64,000 nt of DNA from NCBI GenBank assembly GCA_041391485.1, contig JAWKNY010000001.1, forward strand, positions 89,726-153,725. The letters are read 5' to 3'. Made by a program: the position numbers and the translations under genes. This DNA comes from Bdellovibrionota bacterium. GTDB taxonomy: Bacteria; Bdellovibrionota; FAC87; UBA2466; JACKAF01. The notes below the pieces were generated by a model. The model was not told where the DNA came from and searched no databases. It was given only the letters and a program-made list of their open reading frames with translations. Shown here piece after piece: positions 8,355-19,590 of the stretch; within the stretch, counting starts at the first letter, position 1, and the number at the start of each line of letters is the position of its first letter.

Positions 8355-11300
8355 GTTGGATTGAAGACATCATCTCTCCGAAAACACGACAGTGGGAGGA
8401 GTTCTATCGAAATCGATTTCAGCACGATAAAGTGGTCCGCTCCACTCACGGTGTGAATTGCACTGGCGGTTGCTCGTGGCAAATAGCCGTCAAGGACGGC
8501 ATCGTGACCTGGGAGATGCAGGCCCTCGACTATCCCATTATCGATAAGAAGATCCCAGCGTATGAACCACGAGGCTGCCAGCGCGGCATCTCGTTCAGTT
8601 GGTATCTCTATAGCCCCATCCGAGTGAAATACCCTTATATTCGCGGCTCTCTTCTCGATATTTGGGCAGAGGCCAAAAAGAAATACTCCGACCCCGTAGA
8701 AGCTTGGCGATATATCCAAAAAACCCCGGAACTGCGTTCGCGCTACCAGCGGTCACGCGGAAAGGGAGGGCTTCGCCGCACCACCTGGGATCAATCGATG
8801 GAGATTATTGCGGCAGCCAACATCGCCACGATCAAAGATCACGGCCCGGATCGCATTACTGGGTTTTCACCGATTCCGGCAATGTCGATGCTGTCCTATG
8901 GAGGAGGCTCGCGGTTTCTTCAACTTTTAGGGGGAGTAAATTTAAGCTTTTATGACTGGTACTGCGATCTTCCCAGTGCCTCTCCCGAAACTTGGGGAGA
9001 ACAGACCGACGTTGCGGAATCTGCCGACTGGTATCACTCGAAATTCACGGCGATCATGGGGGCAAACCTCAATATGACTCGCACGCCGGACTGCCATTTC
9101 ATGGTCGAAAGTCGGCACAACGGAACGAAAGTGGTGGTGTTTGCGCCCGACTTTAATCAGGTCGCTAAATTTGGAGATCAATGGGTCCCGGTAAACCCGG
9201 GACAGGACGGCGCCTTTTGGATGGCAGTGAATCACGTCATCTTGAAAGAGTTTCATCACGACAAGCCGAGCGCGTACTTTCTTGACTACGTGAAACGGTT
9301 TTCCGATAGCCCTTTTCTCGTAGAACTTGAAAAGAAGGGCGACTCCTACGTTCCCGGAACTTTCCTACGCGCCGATCGGACCGAAAAGTATGCGAAGGAG
9401 GAAAAGGGCGATTGGAAGTTCCTCATGTGGGACGCAACTACTCAATCTCCCAAAATGCCAATGGGAAGTATTGGCCATCGCTGGCAAAAAGAGACTGGCA
9501 AATGGAACCTTGAGCTTAAAGACGGCATCGATGGTTCTCCCATCGAACCAGCGCTTACCCTGCTCAATAAATCCGACGAAGTTTTCCAAGTCTCCTTCGA
9601 TGATTTTGTTTCAGAGGAGAAACGCAAGCGCGGCGTTCCCGTTAAATTTATCGAAACTCAAAAAGGTCGGGTACCCGTGGCGACGGTATACGATCTTTTG
9701 ATGGCTCAGTACGGAGTGAACCGAGGATTGGAAGGCAATTACCCCACCTCTTACGACGACGCTGACTGTCCGTTCACGCCAGCGTGGCAAGAGTCAATCT
9801 CAGGCATCTCGAAAGAAACGGTTATCCAGTTTTCCCGGGAGTGGGCAACCACCGCGGATAAAACGCGGGGCAAATGTAGCATCATTATCGGAGCCGGTGT
9901 GAATCACTGGTACCACGCGAATCTTCTTTATCGAGCTGGGATCAACGCGCTCATTTTTACTGGATGTGTGGGAAGAAACGGCGGCGGACTCAATCACTAT
10001 GTGGGCCAGGAAAAGCTTGCCCCCATGGCATCGTGGTCGGCGATTGCGCTGGGAAGAGATTGGATGCCGGGAGTTCGAGTGCAGAACGCCCCGAGTTGGC
10101 ATTACATGCATTCCGACCAATGGCGCTATGAGAGACCGTACGACGAAATCAACGCTTCACCCGGGGAACATCCGATCACTAAAGGTCATAGCGCCGATCT
10201 AAATGCCAAGGCGGTACGTTGCGGTTGGCTGCCTTTTTTCCCGCAGTTTAAAGACAACCCCCTCGATCTGTGTCGCAAGGCTCAGGAAGCAGGGGCGAAG
10301 ACAGATGATGAAATAAAGAAGTGGATACTGGACCAAATCACTTCGCGTAAGATCACGCCTGCCATCGAAGACATTGATGCTCCCGAGAGCTTTCCAAGAC
10401 TTTGGTACATCTGGCGCGGGAACGCTCTCATGTCGAGTGCCAAAGGGCATGAGTTTTTTCTGCATCATTACCTCGGAACTCATCATAACCAAATCGCCAA
10501 GGAGATGGGCGCAGGGCACGTGAACGAAGTGAAGTGGCATGAGACGGCGCCTACCGGAAAGATGGATCTGATCGTGGATCTCAACTTCCGTATGGATACC
10601 TCGGCCCTCTACTCAGACATTATTCTCCCGGCGGCGTCGTGGTACGAAAAGACTGATCTTAATTCCACCGACATGCATTCCTATATTCATCCGCTATCGG
10701 CGGCGATAGCGCCGGTGTGGGAATCGAAACCGGATTGGGACATTTTCCGGGAAATAACCAAGAAGACCGCCGAACTCGCCGAAAAACACCTTCCCGATCC
10801 CGTTAAAGACATCATTACCGTACCGCTGCAACACGACACTATCGACGAATTATCTCAACCAAAAATCCAGGACTGGGCCAAAGGAGAGTGCGATCCAGTT
10901 CCTGGGAAGACGATGTACAAGCTCGCGATTGTCGAGCGGGATTACAAAAATCTCTACAATAAGTTTATTTCGTTAGGACCCTTGGTCAAAAAAGGATTGG
11001 GGGCTCATGGAGTCTCCTACGACTGCGCGGACTTCTATGAAGAGATGCTTTCACCGAAGTGGCACACCGTGGAGTGGGGTGGCGAGAAATATCCTTCGCT
11101 CCTGGACGCGATGGATGCGTGCAATGCCGTTCTTTGGTTAGCCCCCGAGACGAACGGTGAACTTGCCTTCCGTGCTTATAAAGGAATGGAAACGAAGACA
11201 GGCCAAAAGCTCACCGACCTGGCTGAAGGAAGTCGAAGCGTTCGGATGCAGTTTAAGGATCTGTTGGCGGCACCCAAGCGCCTACTCTCAAGTCCTTGCT

Positions 11301-11980
11301 GGTCAGGAATCGTCGCGAATGGTCGAACCTACTCCGCATTCACCTATAACGTGGAACGCCAGGTGCCTTGGCGGACTCTCACCGGACGCCAGAGTCTTTA
11401 CCTGGACCACGAAGGTTACCGCGCTTTCGGCGAGCACTTGCCGACTTACAAGCCCAGACCTGCCGTGGACGTGTACGGGGATCTCGATGCGACACCGCAA
11501 ACTAGCCCGGAGGGAGAAGTGCCTTCACTTAGGCTCAACTACCTCACTCCTCACGGGAAATGGCATATTCACTCCACCTACGGCGATACGATTCGAATGT
11601 TAACTCTTTCTCGTGGTGGTGAACCATTTTGGCTTAGTGAAACGGATGCCACCACTCTAGGGATTGCGGACAATGACTGGGTCGAAGTTCACAACGACAA
11701 CGGGGTCGTTGTAACGAGAGCCTGCGTCAGTGCGCGAATTCCCAAAGGAGTCTGCATCATTTACCACTCTCCTGAACGGACCTACTCCGCGCCTAAATCG
11801 CCGCTTCGAAAGAAGCGACGGGCGGGGGGACACAATTCGCTCACAAGAGTGCACTTGAAGCCAAATCTCATGCTCGGTGGGTACGCCCAATTCACTTACC
11901 ATTTTAACTACTGGGGACCCACGGGTTGCAATCGGGATACCCACATCATGGTACGGCGGCTTGATAAGGTTGAACGATAG
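8351..11980 (+). CDS. narG: respiratory nitrate reductase alpha subunit
   Basis: Near-continuous similarity to E. coli NarG, including [11 protein letters not shown] (FS0 ligands), [80 protein letters not shown]. The ORF-track start at 8300 is replaced by the ATG at 8351. Confidence 0.97.
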   Translation: MSWIEDIISPKTRQWEEFYRNRFQHDKVVRSTHGVNCTGGCSWQIAVKDGIVTWEMQALDYPIIDKKIPAYEPRGCQRGISFSWYLYSPIRVKYPYIRGSLLDIWAEAKKKYSDPVEAWRYIQKTPELRSRYQRSRGKGGLRRTTWDQSMEIIAAANIATIKDHGPDRITGFSPIPAMSMLSYGGGSRFLQLLGGVNLSFYDWYCDLPSASPETWGEQTDVAESADWYHSKFTAIMGANLNMTRTPDCHFMVESRHNGTKVVVFAPDFNQVAKFGDQWVPVNPGQDGAFWMAVNHVILKEFHHDKPSAYFLDYVKRFSDSPFLVELEKKGDSYVPGTFLRADRTEKYAKEEKGDWKFLMWDATTQSPKMPMGSIGHRWQKETGKWNLELKDGIDGSPIEPALTLLNKSDEVFQVSFDDFVSEEKRKRGVPVKFIETQKGRVPVATVYDLLMAQYGVNRGLEGNYPTSYDDADCPFTPAWQESISGISKETVIQFSREWATTADKTRGKCSIIIGAGVNHWYHANLLYRAGINALIFTGCVGRNGGGLNHYVGQEKLAPMASWSAIALGRDWMPGVRVQNAPSWHYMHSDQWRYERPYDEINASPGEHPITKGHSADLNAKAVRCGWLPFFPQFKDNPLDLCRKAQEAGAKTDDEIKKWILDQITSRKITPAIEDIDAPESFPRLWYIWRGNALMSSAKGHEFFLHHYLGTHHNQIAKEMGAGHVNEVKWHETAPTGKMDLIVDLNFRMDTSALYSDIILPAASWYEKTDLNSTDMHSYIHPLSAAIAPVWESKPDWDIFREITKKTAELAEKHLPDPVKDIITVPLQHDTIDELSQPKIQDWAKGECDPVPGKTMYKLAIVERDYKNLYNKFISLGPLVKKGLGAHGVSYDCADFYEEMLSPKWHTVEWGGEKYPSLLDAMDACNAVLWLAPETNGELAFRAYKGMETKTGQKLTDLAEGSRSVRMQFKDLLAAPKRLLSSPCWSGIVANGRTYSAFTYNVERQVPWRTLTGRQSLYLDHEGYRAFGEHLPTYKPRPAVDVYGDLDATPQTSPEGEVPSLRLNYLTPHGKWHIHSTYGDTIRMLTLSRGGEPFWLSETDATTLGIADNDWVEVHNDNGVVVTRACVSARIPKGVCIIYHSPERTYSAPKSPLRKKRRAGGHNSLTRVHLKPNLMLGGYAQFTYHFNYWGPTGCNRDTHIMVRRLDKVER

Positions 11981-11988
11981 GAGAACAA

Positions 11989-13470
11989 ATGGACGTCCGA
12001 TCACAGATTTCAATCCTGTTTCACCTAGATAAATGCATCGGTTGCCATACCTGCTCGATCGCCTGCAAGAACCTGTGGACCGATCGCAAGGGCGCCGAAT
12101 ACATGTGGTGGAACAACGTAGAGACGAAACCGGGCACCGGCTTCCCGCATCGTTGGGAGAATCAAGAGGACTACAAAGGTGGTTGGGTTAAGGAAGGAAA
12201 TTCAATTGATCTCAAAGGGGCCGGAAAATTTCGAGGGCTGAAAAACATCTTTCACAACCCCAATCTTCCCATCATCGACGACTATTACGAACCCTGGACT
12301 TATAAGTACGAAGACTTATTCAATGCCCCGGAGGGAAATGATCAGCCGGTAGCACAACCCATCTCCCAAATTACGGGGAAGGCCATCGAGATAAAGTCGG
12401 GGCCTAACTGGGATGATGATCTGGGTGGTTCTCCGCTCTATGCACGAAAAGATCCCAATCTTGAGAAGCTAAACGCGCAGGAACAGGAGGATCTATTCAA
12501 GGTAGAGAAGCTGGTAATGATGTATCTACCGAGAATTTGTAATCACTGCTTAAACCCTTCTTGCGTCGCGAGCTGCCCCTCTGGGGCCATTTACAAGCGC
12601 GGCGAAGACGGCATCGTGCTTATCAACCAAGAAAAATGCCGCGGCTGGCGCATGTGCGTGACGGGTTGTCCTTACAAGAAGGTTTTCTACAACTGGTCGA
12701 CCGGAAAATCCGAAAAGTGCCTGTTGTGTTACCCCAGAATTGAGGCTGGAGAGATCCCCGCGTGCATGCACTCCTGTGTCGGCAGAATCCGTTACTTAGG
12801 CGTTCTGCTCTATGACGCAGATAAGATGAAGGACGTCGTTCATCTGGATGAGGATCAATTGGTCGAAGCCCAGCGGGACATGATTCTAGACCCCCGCGAT
12901 CCGAAGGTAATTTACGAGGCGAGAAAGAACGGAATTCACGACAGTGTGATCGAGTCGGCTCAAAAGTCCCCTGTTTTCCGTTTCGTAAAGGAGTGGAAGA
13001 TGGGGCTTCCCTTGCATCCGGAGTATCGCACTCTCCCCATGCTCTTTTATGTCCCGCCCCTTCTTCCCATTTTGGGAAAAATGAATCTCGATGTCTATGA
13101 CACATCCTGCGCCGATTATTTTTCGACGATTGACAAGGCTCGATTGCCCGTCAAATACCTCGCCTCGCTTTTCACCGCCGGAAATGAGGGGATGGTGCGG
13201 GAGGTCCTTAAAAAGATGATGGCCGTTAGAATCTACCGACGTTCCGAAACGGTGGGGGATATACAAGGGGCCGAAATGGCGTTGAAAGAAGCTGGGCTCA
13301 CTCGCGCCGTAGCCGAAGACATTTACACACTGACCGCACTTGCGACCTTAGAAGACCGTTTTGTGATTCCGCCATCGCATCGAGAAGAAGCCCTCGCAAT
13401 GGAAGGAATGGAACTAGTGAAGCCTGGAGATCTCGGCTTTGGCTTCCGAGACCGACCGGAGCGGATGTAA
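11989..13470 (+). CDS. narH: respiratory nitrate reductase beta subunit
   Basis: MDVRSQISILFHLDKCIGCHTCSIACKNLWT..., four Fe-S Cys clusters (CNHCLNPSCVASCP, CRGWRMCVTGCPY, CLLCYPR). GGAG RBS upstream. Confidence 0.97.
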   Translation: MDVRSQISILFHLDKCIGCHTCSIACKNLWTDRKGAEYMWWNNVETKPGTGFPHRWENQEDYKGGWVKEGNSIDLKGAGKFRGLKNIFHNPNLPIIDDYYEPWTYKYEDLFNAPEGNDQPVAQPISQITGKAIEIKSGPNWDDDLGGSPLYARKDPNLEKLNAQEQEDLFKVEKLVMMYLPRICNHCLNPSCVASCPSGAIYKRGEDGIVLINQEKCRGWRMCVTGCPYKKVFYNWSTGKSEKCLLCYPRIEAGEIPACMHSCVGRIRYLGVLLYDADKMKDVVHLDEDQLVEAQRDMILDPRDPKVIYEARKNGIHDSVIESAQKSPVFRFVKEWKMGLPLHPEYRTLPMLFYVPPLLPILGKMNLDVYDTSCADYFSTIDKARLPVKYLASLFTAGNEGMVREVLKKMMAVRIYRRSETVGDIQGAEMALKEAGLTRAVAEDIYTLTALATLEDRFVIPPSHREEALAMEGMELVKPGDLGFGFRDRPERM

Positions 13471-13472
13471 TT

Positions 13473-14054
13473 ATGAAAAACACCAACATCTATTCCTATC
13501 TTGCCGAAACGCTCTCCTATCCGCAAAGCGAGTACGCAATTACGGTCGCGAAGTGCGCAGACACTCTGAAGGCTGATTTCCCCGAAATCAGGCCTTACTT
13601 TACCGAGATGTTACAGTTTGCTTCAACATCTGACGCCGCTCGTCTTGAAGAAGCCTACACCAGCACTTTCGACATAAACGCCGTTTGTCACCTCGATGTC
13701 GGTTATCAGCTTTTTGGTGAGGACTACAAGCGTGGCGCACTGTTAGTTGAACTATCTCGAGTCCAGCGGGAGGCCGGAGTGCCGGTCGGGACGGAGCTTG
13801 CCGACCATTTGCCGGTTCTACTTCGGCTGCTGCCAAAAATGAATGATAGCGAGGAGCGCACGGAACTTGCGCGCCGATTGCTCCTTCCGGCGATAGAGAA
13901 AATGATCGCTAGTTTTCCCGAGACGTCATCGAATGTTTATCGGTCTAGCCTCAGAGTTACGGCCTCCGTCTTGGAAACCGATTTCGGACCCCGAATCGAA
14001 TTCCCTGTGCAGCCCGACTACTCGGCTCAGATCGAGGAGGTGATGCATGTTTGA
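13473..14054 (+). CDS. narJ: nitrate reductase molybdenum cofactor assembly chaperone
   Basis: Position between narH and narI, size of 193 aa, and a helical acidic protein with the NarJ/TorD-type pattern (YTSTFDINAVCHLDVGYQLFGEDYKRG). Confidence 0.85.
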   Translation: MKNTNIYSYLAETLSYPQSEYAITVAKCADTLKADFPEIRPYFTEMLQFASTSDAARLEEAYTSTFDINAVCHLDVGYQLFGEDYKRGALLVELSRVQREAGVPVGTELADHLPVLLRLLPKMNDSEERTELARRLLLPAIEKMIASFPETSSNVYRSSLRVTASVLETDFGPRIEFPVQPDYSAQIEEVMHV

Positions 14055-14733
14055 TCTTGCACTTTTTGTCATATTTCCCTACGTAGCCCTGGTTCTAGAA
14101 ATAGCAGTCTCTTTCTACCGCTACTTTAGCGGTAGCTATAAGTTTTCCTCCTTGTCGTCGGAATTCCTTGAGGGGAGAGAGCTTTTTTGGGGCTCGCAGC
14201 CGTGGCACTACGGGATACTTTTCGTGCTAGTCGGCCACGTTGTTGGGTTTCTTTTTCCTAAAGAGGTTCTACTCTTTAATGAGGTTCCCGTGCGGCGCCT
14301 CATTCTCGAGGTCACCGCTCTTACGTTTGGATTGATGGCGCTGGTTGGGCTGTTAGTTCTCATCAGGAGGAGATTTACCAACGATCGCGTTTGGGCCGTG
14401 ACGGCGAAAATGGATTTGTTTGTTCTCTTTCTGCTGCTTATTCAAACGTTCTCGGGAATCTATATCGCCGTTAAGTACCGCTGGGGCTCCAGCTGGTACG
14501 CAAGCGCGTTAGTGCCTTATTTGCGCTCGCTTTTCGTTCTGAAACCGAATTTGGAATACATCGCGCCGATGCCATGGGTGGTGAAGCTACACATCGCTAA
14601 TGCGTACTGTTTGATCGCGGTATTACCTTTTACCCGGCTTGTTCACTTCTTGGTTCTGCCAGTGTCATACGTGTGGAGATCGTGGCAGGTCGTTATCTGG
14701 AATTGGGATCGGAAGAAGATTCGCAAAGTATGA
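14047..14733 (+). CDS. narI: respiratory nitrate reductase gamma (dihaem b, quinol-oxidising) subunit
   Basis: Five TM helices with conserved His positions (WGSQPWHYGILFVLVGHVVGF, VKLHIANAY, TRLVHFL). Overlaps the narJ stop. Confidence 0.9.
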   Translation: MFDLALFVIFPYVALVLEIAVSFYRYFSGSYKFSSLSSEFLEGRELFWGSQPWHYGILFVLVGHVVGFLFPKEVLLFNEVPVRRLILEVTALTFGLMALVGLLVLIRRRFTNDRVWAVTAKMDLFVLFLLLIQTFSGIYIAVKYRWGSSWYASALVPYLRSLFVLKPNLEYIAPMPWVVKLHIANAYCLIAVLPFTRLVHFLVLPVSYVWRSWQVVIWNWDRKKIRKV

Positions 14734-15275
14734 AAAAGATTGTCACAGGTTTGCTGGCTTTGACGGTCATAGGGCTCTTAATTGAGCTCGCCGTTGTGCA
14801 AGCGAAGAAAATTGGCAATACCCAAGGATACGAGCCGGACCAGCCAATTCCGTTTTCGCACAAGATTCACGCCGGGGAAAACAAGATCGATTGCCGTTAT
14901 TGTCACTTCGCTTCCGAGCGTGGACGGATAGCGGGGATTCCCCCGACGCAACTTTGCATGAACTGCCATGACCAAATTAGGAAAGACTCCCCAGAGATCG
15001 GGAAGCTAAGAGAAGCGATCGCAAGTGACCGGCCTGTGGAGTGGGTCCGCGTGCATGAACTCCCCGCGTTTGTTTATTTCAACCACAGCGAGCACGTCCG
15101 AGGGGGAGTCAATTGCCAGCAATGCCACGGGCCTGTCGAATCGATGACCCGAATGCGACAGCACTCTTCTCTAACGATGGGATGGTGCCTCAACTGTCAT
15201 CGGGATATGGGAAATGCCCCTCCCCATGACGTCAAGACCGCGACAGGAGGCGATTGTGCCAGATGCCATTATTAG
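14730..15275 (+). CDS. actA: Alternative Complex III pentahaem cytochrome c subunit
   Basis: N-terminal anchor MKKIVTGLLALTVIGLLIELAVV. Five CXXCH motifs (CRYCH, CMNCH, CQQCH, CLNCH, CARCH). The ATG overlaps the narI stop (ATGA). Confidence 0.8.
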   Translation: MKKIVTGLLALTVIGLLIELAVVQAKKIGNTQGYEPDQPIPFSHKIHAGENKIDCRYCHFASERGRIAGIPPTQLCMNCHDQIRKDSPEIGKLREAIASDRPVEWVRVHELPAFVYFNHSEHVRGGVNCQQCHGPVESMTRMRQHSSLTMGWCLNCHRDMGNAPPHDVKTATGGDCARCHY

Positions 15276-15280
15276 AGTGG

Positions 15281-18211
15281 ATGGGAACAATGGACGATAA
15301 AATAAAAGACGCGCCAAAGTACTGGCAAAGCATCGACAGCCAGAATGTTTCTGGCACCGATGAATTCCCGAGTGGCTTTGTCGAAGAGCTGTTCGAAGTT
15401 GTTAATGCGAAAAAATCCCGCAGAGAGTTCCTTACTGTTCTCGGATTTTCGGTTGCCATCCCCGCGCTTACTTCTTGCAATAAGATTCCCGTGACCAAGG
15501 CGCTTGGATTTCTGAATCGCGAGGAAGGTACGGTACCGGGCGTGGCAAATTGGTACGCTTCTACTTGTGGGGGGTGCGAGGCCGCCTGCGGTTTGCTCGT
15601 GAAGACGCGTGAAGGTCGCCCAATCAAGGTTGAAGGAAACCCCGATTCTCCGCACTCACGCGGAGGTGTCTGCGCTGTAGGGCAAGCAACCGTACTCTCT
15701 CTCTACGATTCCGCTCGGTTTGTTCAACCCTTGGCGGAAGGAAAACCAACTACCTGGGCGGAAATCGATGGTCAGATTCCCGGGCTACTTCGTACCGCTA
15801 GCGCCAAAGGAAAGATCGTTCTGATTACGGGCCGGGTCTCAAGCCCGTCGACTTTGGCGGTCATAGCGAGGTTTCGAGAGAAATACCCAAACTGTGAACA
15901 TGTCCCCTTCGAACCCTTTTCCTATAGCGCGCTATTTGAATCTTTCGAGAAAACGCACGGCGTCCGCGCCATTCCAGAATATTCGCTTTCTGATGTTGAG
16001 ACATTGGTCAGTATAGGGGCCGATTTCTTGGGCAGCTGGTACGGGCCCGTCGCCTTTGCAAAAGCTTATTCCGTTCAAAGAGATGTAAGCAAGCGAAAGG
16101 GGGCGATGCTTCGGCATGTTCAAGTTGAAGCGCTGATGAGTGTCGCGGGAAGTAACGCTGATCTCAGAGTTCCCGTGGCCGCAGGTGAAGAAGCGCTCGT
16201 TTTAGCAACTTTGCTTCAGGAAGTCTCCAAGCTCTCGGGGAGATCGATTGAGTCGCCGGCCGTACAGATGGACGGGCGTTTGTTGGCCACGGTTCGAACG
16301 GTCGCCGCCGATCTGTGGAAGGCCAAAGGAAAATCGCTCGTCCTCTCGGGGTCAAACCGAGTGGATGATCAGATGGCTGTAAACACAATCAATGAACTCT
16401 TGGGAAACATCGGGCGTTCCGTAAAGCTGATGCCGGCCGGAGAAGTCGCGGTAGCGGCGGACGGCCGTTTCGAAAATCTGGTGTCCGACATGGTAGGCGG
16501 GAAAGTTTCGGCGCTACTCAGCGTCGATGCGAATCCCGGCCACGCTTATTACTCAACGGAGCGCTGGCAAAATGGCGTCTCGAAAGTTCCGTTACACATC
16601 TCCCTTGCCGAAGCGCCTAACGAAACCTCGAAGAGCGCACACTATATTTGCCCAGGAAATCACTTCTTGGAGTCCTGGAATGATCACTCTTTAGGTGGCG
16701 GCAAGTATGGGTTGACCCAACCTACTATTCAGCCACTGCGCGCCACGCGCATGTTTCAAGAGAGTCTCTTACGGTGGGCCGGTGAGACTTTAGATTATTA
16801 CGATTTCATTCGATCGCATTGGAAAGCGCAGATTTTTGCGCGTCAAAAGCGACAGCTTCTTTTCGAAGGGTTTTGGAGTCAAGCCGTTCATGATGGGGGG
16901 ATTGACGTAGGCGGAGCTTCCAATGCGAAGCCCGTCTTTAAGAACCCCCGATTGGTTTTAGATACCGGAAAAAGCGAAGGCTTGGACCTTATTCTTTATC
17001 AGAAGACCGGAATCCGAGATGGGCGGCATGCTAATAATCCTTGGCTTCACGAGCTCCCGGACCCGATCACTAAAGTCACCTGGGATAACTACGCCCAACT
17101 TTCCCCGGAAACCGCTTCTAAGAACGGCGTGAAAACTGGGGATTTGATTTCCGTGCAAAAAGGAAACATCAAGTTGACCCTTCCCGTTCTTGTTCAGCCG
17201 GGTTTGGGTGGCAATACGGTGGCCATAGCTGTTGGATATGGGAGAACGGAATGCGGGAAGGCGGGGCTTGGTGTTGGCAAAAATGCCTACCCCTTCGTTG
17301 CTTTTGTTGGCGGTAACTATCAACGGATCCAGCGCGGCGTTCAGATCACCAAAGCCTCCGGACATTATGAACTCGCCCTGACGCAAACCCACCACGTGAT
17401 GGAAGGGCGCGACCTAGTACGAGAGATCAGTAAGGCAGAAGCACTCGGAACAAAGACCGCAGCACATTCCACTGAGAAAGAGCATCCTTCCATGTGGCCA
17501 GAGCACAAGCCCGGGGAGAATCGATGGGGAATGGCCATTGACCTTTCCAAGTGCACTGGTTGTTCGGCTTGCGTGATCAGTTGCCAGGCAGAAAACAATG
17601 TCCCGGTGGTGGGACGTGAAGAGGTATTGAAACGACGAGAGATGCATTGGATTCGACTCGATCGCTATTATTCAGGAAACGAATCCAACCCTTCGGTTGT
17701 GCATCAGCCGATCCTTTGCCAGCATTGTGAAAATGCACCCTGCGAAACTGTCTGCCCCGTTCTTGCGACCGTGCACAGTTCCGATGGTTTAAACCAACAA
17801 GTTTATAACCGTTGCGTGGGTACCCGCTATTGCGCAAACAACTGCCCCTACAAGGTCAGGCGGTTCAACTGGTTCGATTACAGTCACGACGATGCGTGGG
17901 GGCGTATGGCGCTCAACCCCGATATCGTTGTCCGGTCCCGTGGGGTCATGGAGAAATGTTCCTTTTGTATTCAGCGAATTCAGGAGGGCAGACTTAAGGC
18001 GAAAAAGGAGGGGCGAAAGGTCGCGGAGGGTGATTTCAAAGTTGCCTGCCAGCAAAGTTGCCCGTCCGATGCCATTGTCTTTGGTGATCTCGCCGATCCC
18101 AATAGCGAAGTGTCCAAACTTCTTGAGCATCAAAAAGGTTACCAGCTGCTTGAAGAATTGAATGTTCGCCCGCGGGTGTCCTTCCTTCCGAAGGTGAGGA
18201 ATCCGTTATGA
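15281..18211 (+). CDS. actB: Alternative Complex III large subunit (molybdopterin-oxidoreductase-like domain fused to a 4-cluster Fe-S domain)
   Basis: Twin-arginine motif SRREFLTVLG. CISM-family fold. C-terminal ferredoxin motifs CTGCSACVISCQAEN, CQHCENAPCETVCP, CVGTRYCANNCPYKVRRFNW, CSFCIQRI. Confidence 0.85.
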   Translation: MGTMDDKIKDAPKYWQSIDSQNVSGTDEFPSGFVEELFEVVNAKKSRREFLTVLGFSVAIPALTSCNKIPVTKALGFLNREEGTVPGVANWYASTCGGCEAACGLLVKTREGRPIKVEGNPDSPHSRGGVCAVGQATVLSLYDSARFVQPLAEGKPTTWAEIDGQIPGLLRTASAKGKIVLITGRVSSPSTLAVIARFREKYPNCEHVPFEPFSYSALFESFEKTHGVRAIPEYSLSDVETLVSIGADFLGSWYGPVAFAKAYSVQRDVSKRKGAMLRHVQVEALMSVAGSNADLRVPVAAGEEALVLATLLQEVSKLSGRSIESPAVQMDGRLLATVRTVAADLWKAKGKSLVLSGSNRVDDQMAVNTINELLGNIGRSVKLMPAGEVAVAADGRFENLVSDMVGGKVSALLSVDANPGHAYYSTERWQNGVSKVPLHISLAEAPNETSKSAHYICPGNHFLESWNDHSLGGGKYGLTQPTIQPLRATRMFQESLLRWAGETLDYYDFIRSHWKAQIFARQKRQLLFEGFWSQAVHDGGIDVGGASNAKPVFKNPRLVLDTGKSEGLDLILYQKTGIRDGRHANNPWLHELPDPITKVTWDNYAQLSPETASKNGVKTGDLISVQKGNIKLTLPVLVQPGLGGNTVAIAVGYGRTECGKAGLGVGKNAYPFVAFVGGNYQRIQRGVQITKASGHYELALTQTHHVMEGRDLVREISKAEALGTKTAAHSTEKEHPSMWPEHKPGENRWGMAIDLSKCTGCSACVISCQAENNVPVVGREEVLKRREMHWIRLDRYYSGNESNPSVVHQPILCQHCENAPCETVCPVLATVHSSDGLNQQVYNRCVGTRYCANNCPYKVRRFNWFDYSHDDAWGRMALNPDIVVRSRGVMEKCSFCIQRIQEGRLKAKKEGRKVAEGDFKVACQQSCPSDAIVFGDLADPNSEVSKLLEHQKGYQLLEELNVRPRVSFLPKVRNPL

Positions 18212-19590
18212 GTCACACACCGATTTCCAGCACCAGAAAGCCTCTTGTCATCGGAGATAAATCGTATGGCGATGTCACTCAAGATGTCTTACGGCCCATT
18301 GAGGCTCGGCCAACAAAGGGATGGTTCGTCTGCCTGATGGTGGCCGCTACGTGCCTCGTTTTTGGTGCCGCAACCGTCTGGTACCAGATCGCCACGGGCA
18401 TAGGAACCTGGGGTTTGAATAAAACCGTAGGATGGGCGTGGGATATTACGAATTTCGTTTTCTGGGTGGGAATTGGTCATGCGGGCACCCTCATTTCCGC
18501 TATTCTGCTGCTTTTCCGACAGAAATGGAGGACGTCGATCAATCGTGCCGCAGAGGCAATGACGATTTTTGCAGTCATCTGTGCAGCGATTTTCCCCGTG
18601 ATCCACATGGGACGCCCGTGGCTTGCATTTTGGGTATTTCCCTACCCGAACACTCGCGGTCCGCTTTGGGTAAACTTTCGTTCGCCGCTACTTTGGGACG
18701 TATTTGCCATCAGCACCTACTTTACGATCTCGCTCGTGTTTTGGTTTATCGGTCTTATTCCGGATTTGGCGACGATGCGAGATCACTCGTCCTCGGCATT
18801 CAAACGAAAGCTATGTGGAGTGTTTAGTCTCGGCTGGAACGGATCCGCACGAACGTGGGCACGCTACGAGACCCTTTGCCTGATTCTCGCAGGGCTAGCG
18901 ACACCCTTGGTGGTGAGCGTCCATTCTATCGTGAGTATGGATTTTGCCACGGCGGTGATCCCGGGCTGGCACGCTACTTTGTTCCCACCCTATTTTGTCG
19001 CGGGGGCGGTGTTTTCTGGATTTGCAATGGTGCTCACCCTAATGATCCTCACCCGAAAGGTGATGAAACTTGATTCCTACATTACGGATGGCCATCTCCA
19101 GATGATGTGTAAGGTGTTGCAGCTTACTGGGCTCATGGTGGCACTCGCATACTCCACCGAGTTCTTCATGGCCTGGTACAGCGGGAATGCTTACGAACGT
19201 TTTGTTTTCATTAACCGCGCGACCGGCCCTTTCGCTTGGGCCTTTTGGACGATGGTAACGTGCAATGTGGTTCTTCCTCAATTGCTTTGGATCAAACGTC
19301 TCCGCTTGAACGTTCTGTTTCTGCTGGGAATGTCCATCGTCGTCAATATCGGAATGTGGTTTGAAAGATTCGTGATCATCACCACCTCTATTCACCGCGA
19401 TTACTTGCCGTCGAGTTGGGCGGATTACGCACCGACGTGGGTCGAGAAAGCCACTTTTCTGGGAACGTTCGGACTGTTCTTTACCTGCTTTCTCCTTTTC
19501 CTTCGGTTTCTTCCGATGATTGCCATCAGCGAAGTAAAAGGGGTTCTTCATTACGGCAAAGCACACGGTAAGGAGGTGACACATGGTTAG
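18208..19590 (+). CDS. actC: Alternative Complex III NrfD/PsrC-like quinol-interacting membrane subunit
   Basis: About 10 TM helices, NrfD-type motifs (WAWDITNFVFWVGIGHAGTLISAILLL). Overlaps actB and actD. Confidence 0.85.
   Translation: MSHTPISSTRKPLVIGDKSYGDVTQDVLRPIEARPTKGWFVCLMVAATCLVFGAATVWYQIATGIGTWGLNKTVGWAWDITNFVFWVGIGHAGTLISAILLLFRQKWRTSINRAAEAMTIFAVICAAIFPVIHMGRPWLAFWVFPYPNTRGPLWVNFRSPLLWDVFAISTYFTISLVFWFIGLIPDLATMRDHSSSAFKRKLCGVFSLGWNGSARTWARYETLCLILAGLATPLVVSVHSIVSMDFATAVIPGWHATLFPPYFVAGAVFSGFAMVLTLMILTRKVMKLDSYITDGHLQMMCKVLQLTGLMVALAYSTEFFMAWYSGNAYERFVFINRATGPFAWAFWTMVTCNVVLPQLLWIKRLRLNVLFLLGMSIVVNIGMWFERFVIITTSIHRDYLPSSWADYAPTWVEKATFLGTFGLFFTCFLLFLRFLPMIAISEVKGVLHYGKAHGKEVTHG

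Noticed and set aside
8234-12013. Antisense and alternative-frame ORFs inside narG (for example 8234-8719, 8942-9259, 9800-10120, 10199-10540, 11657-12013)
   Set aside because: They lie opposite or out of frame with a gene matched almost residue by residue to NarG. They have biased Arg/Ser/Pro composition and no motifs, as expected for shadow ORFs in moderately GC-rich DNA.
18967-18982. Sigma-54-like sequence TGGCACGCTACTTTGT
   Set aside because: It lies inside actC coding sequence, the -12 element is TTTGT rather than TTGC, and no gene start follows.
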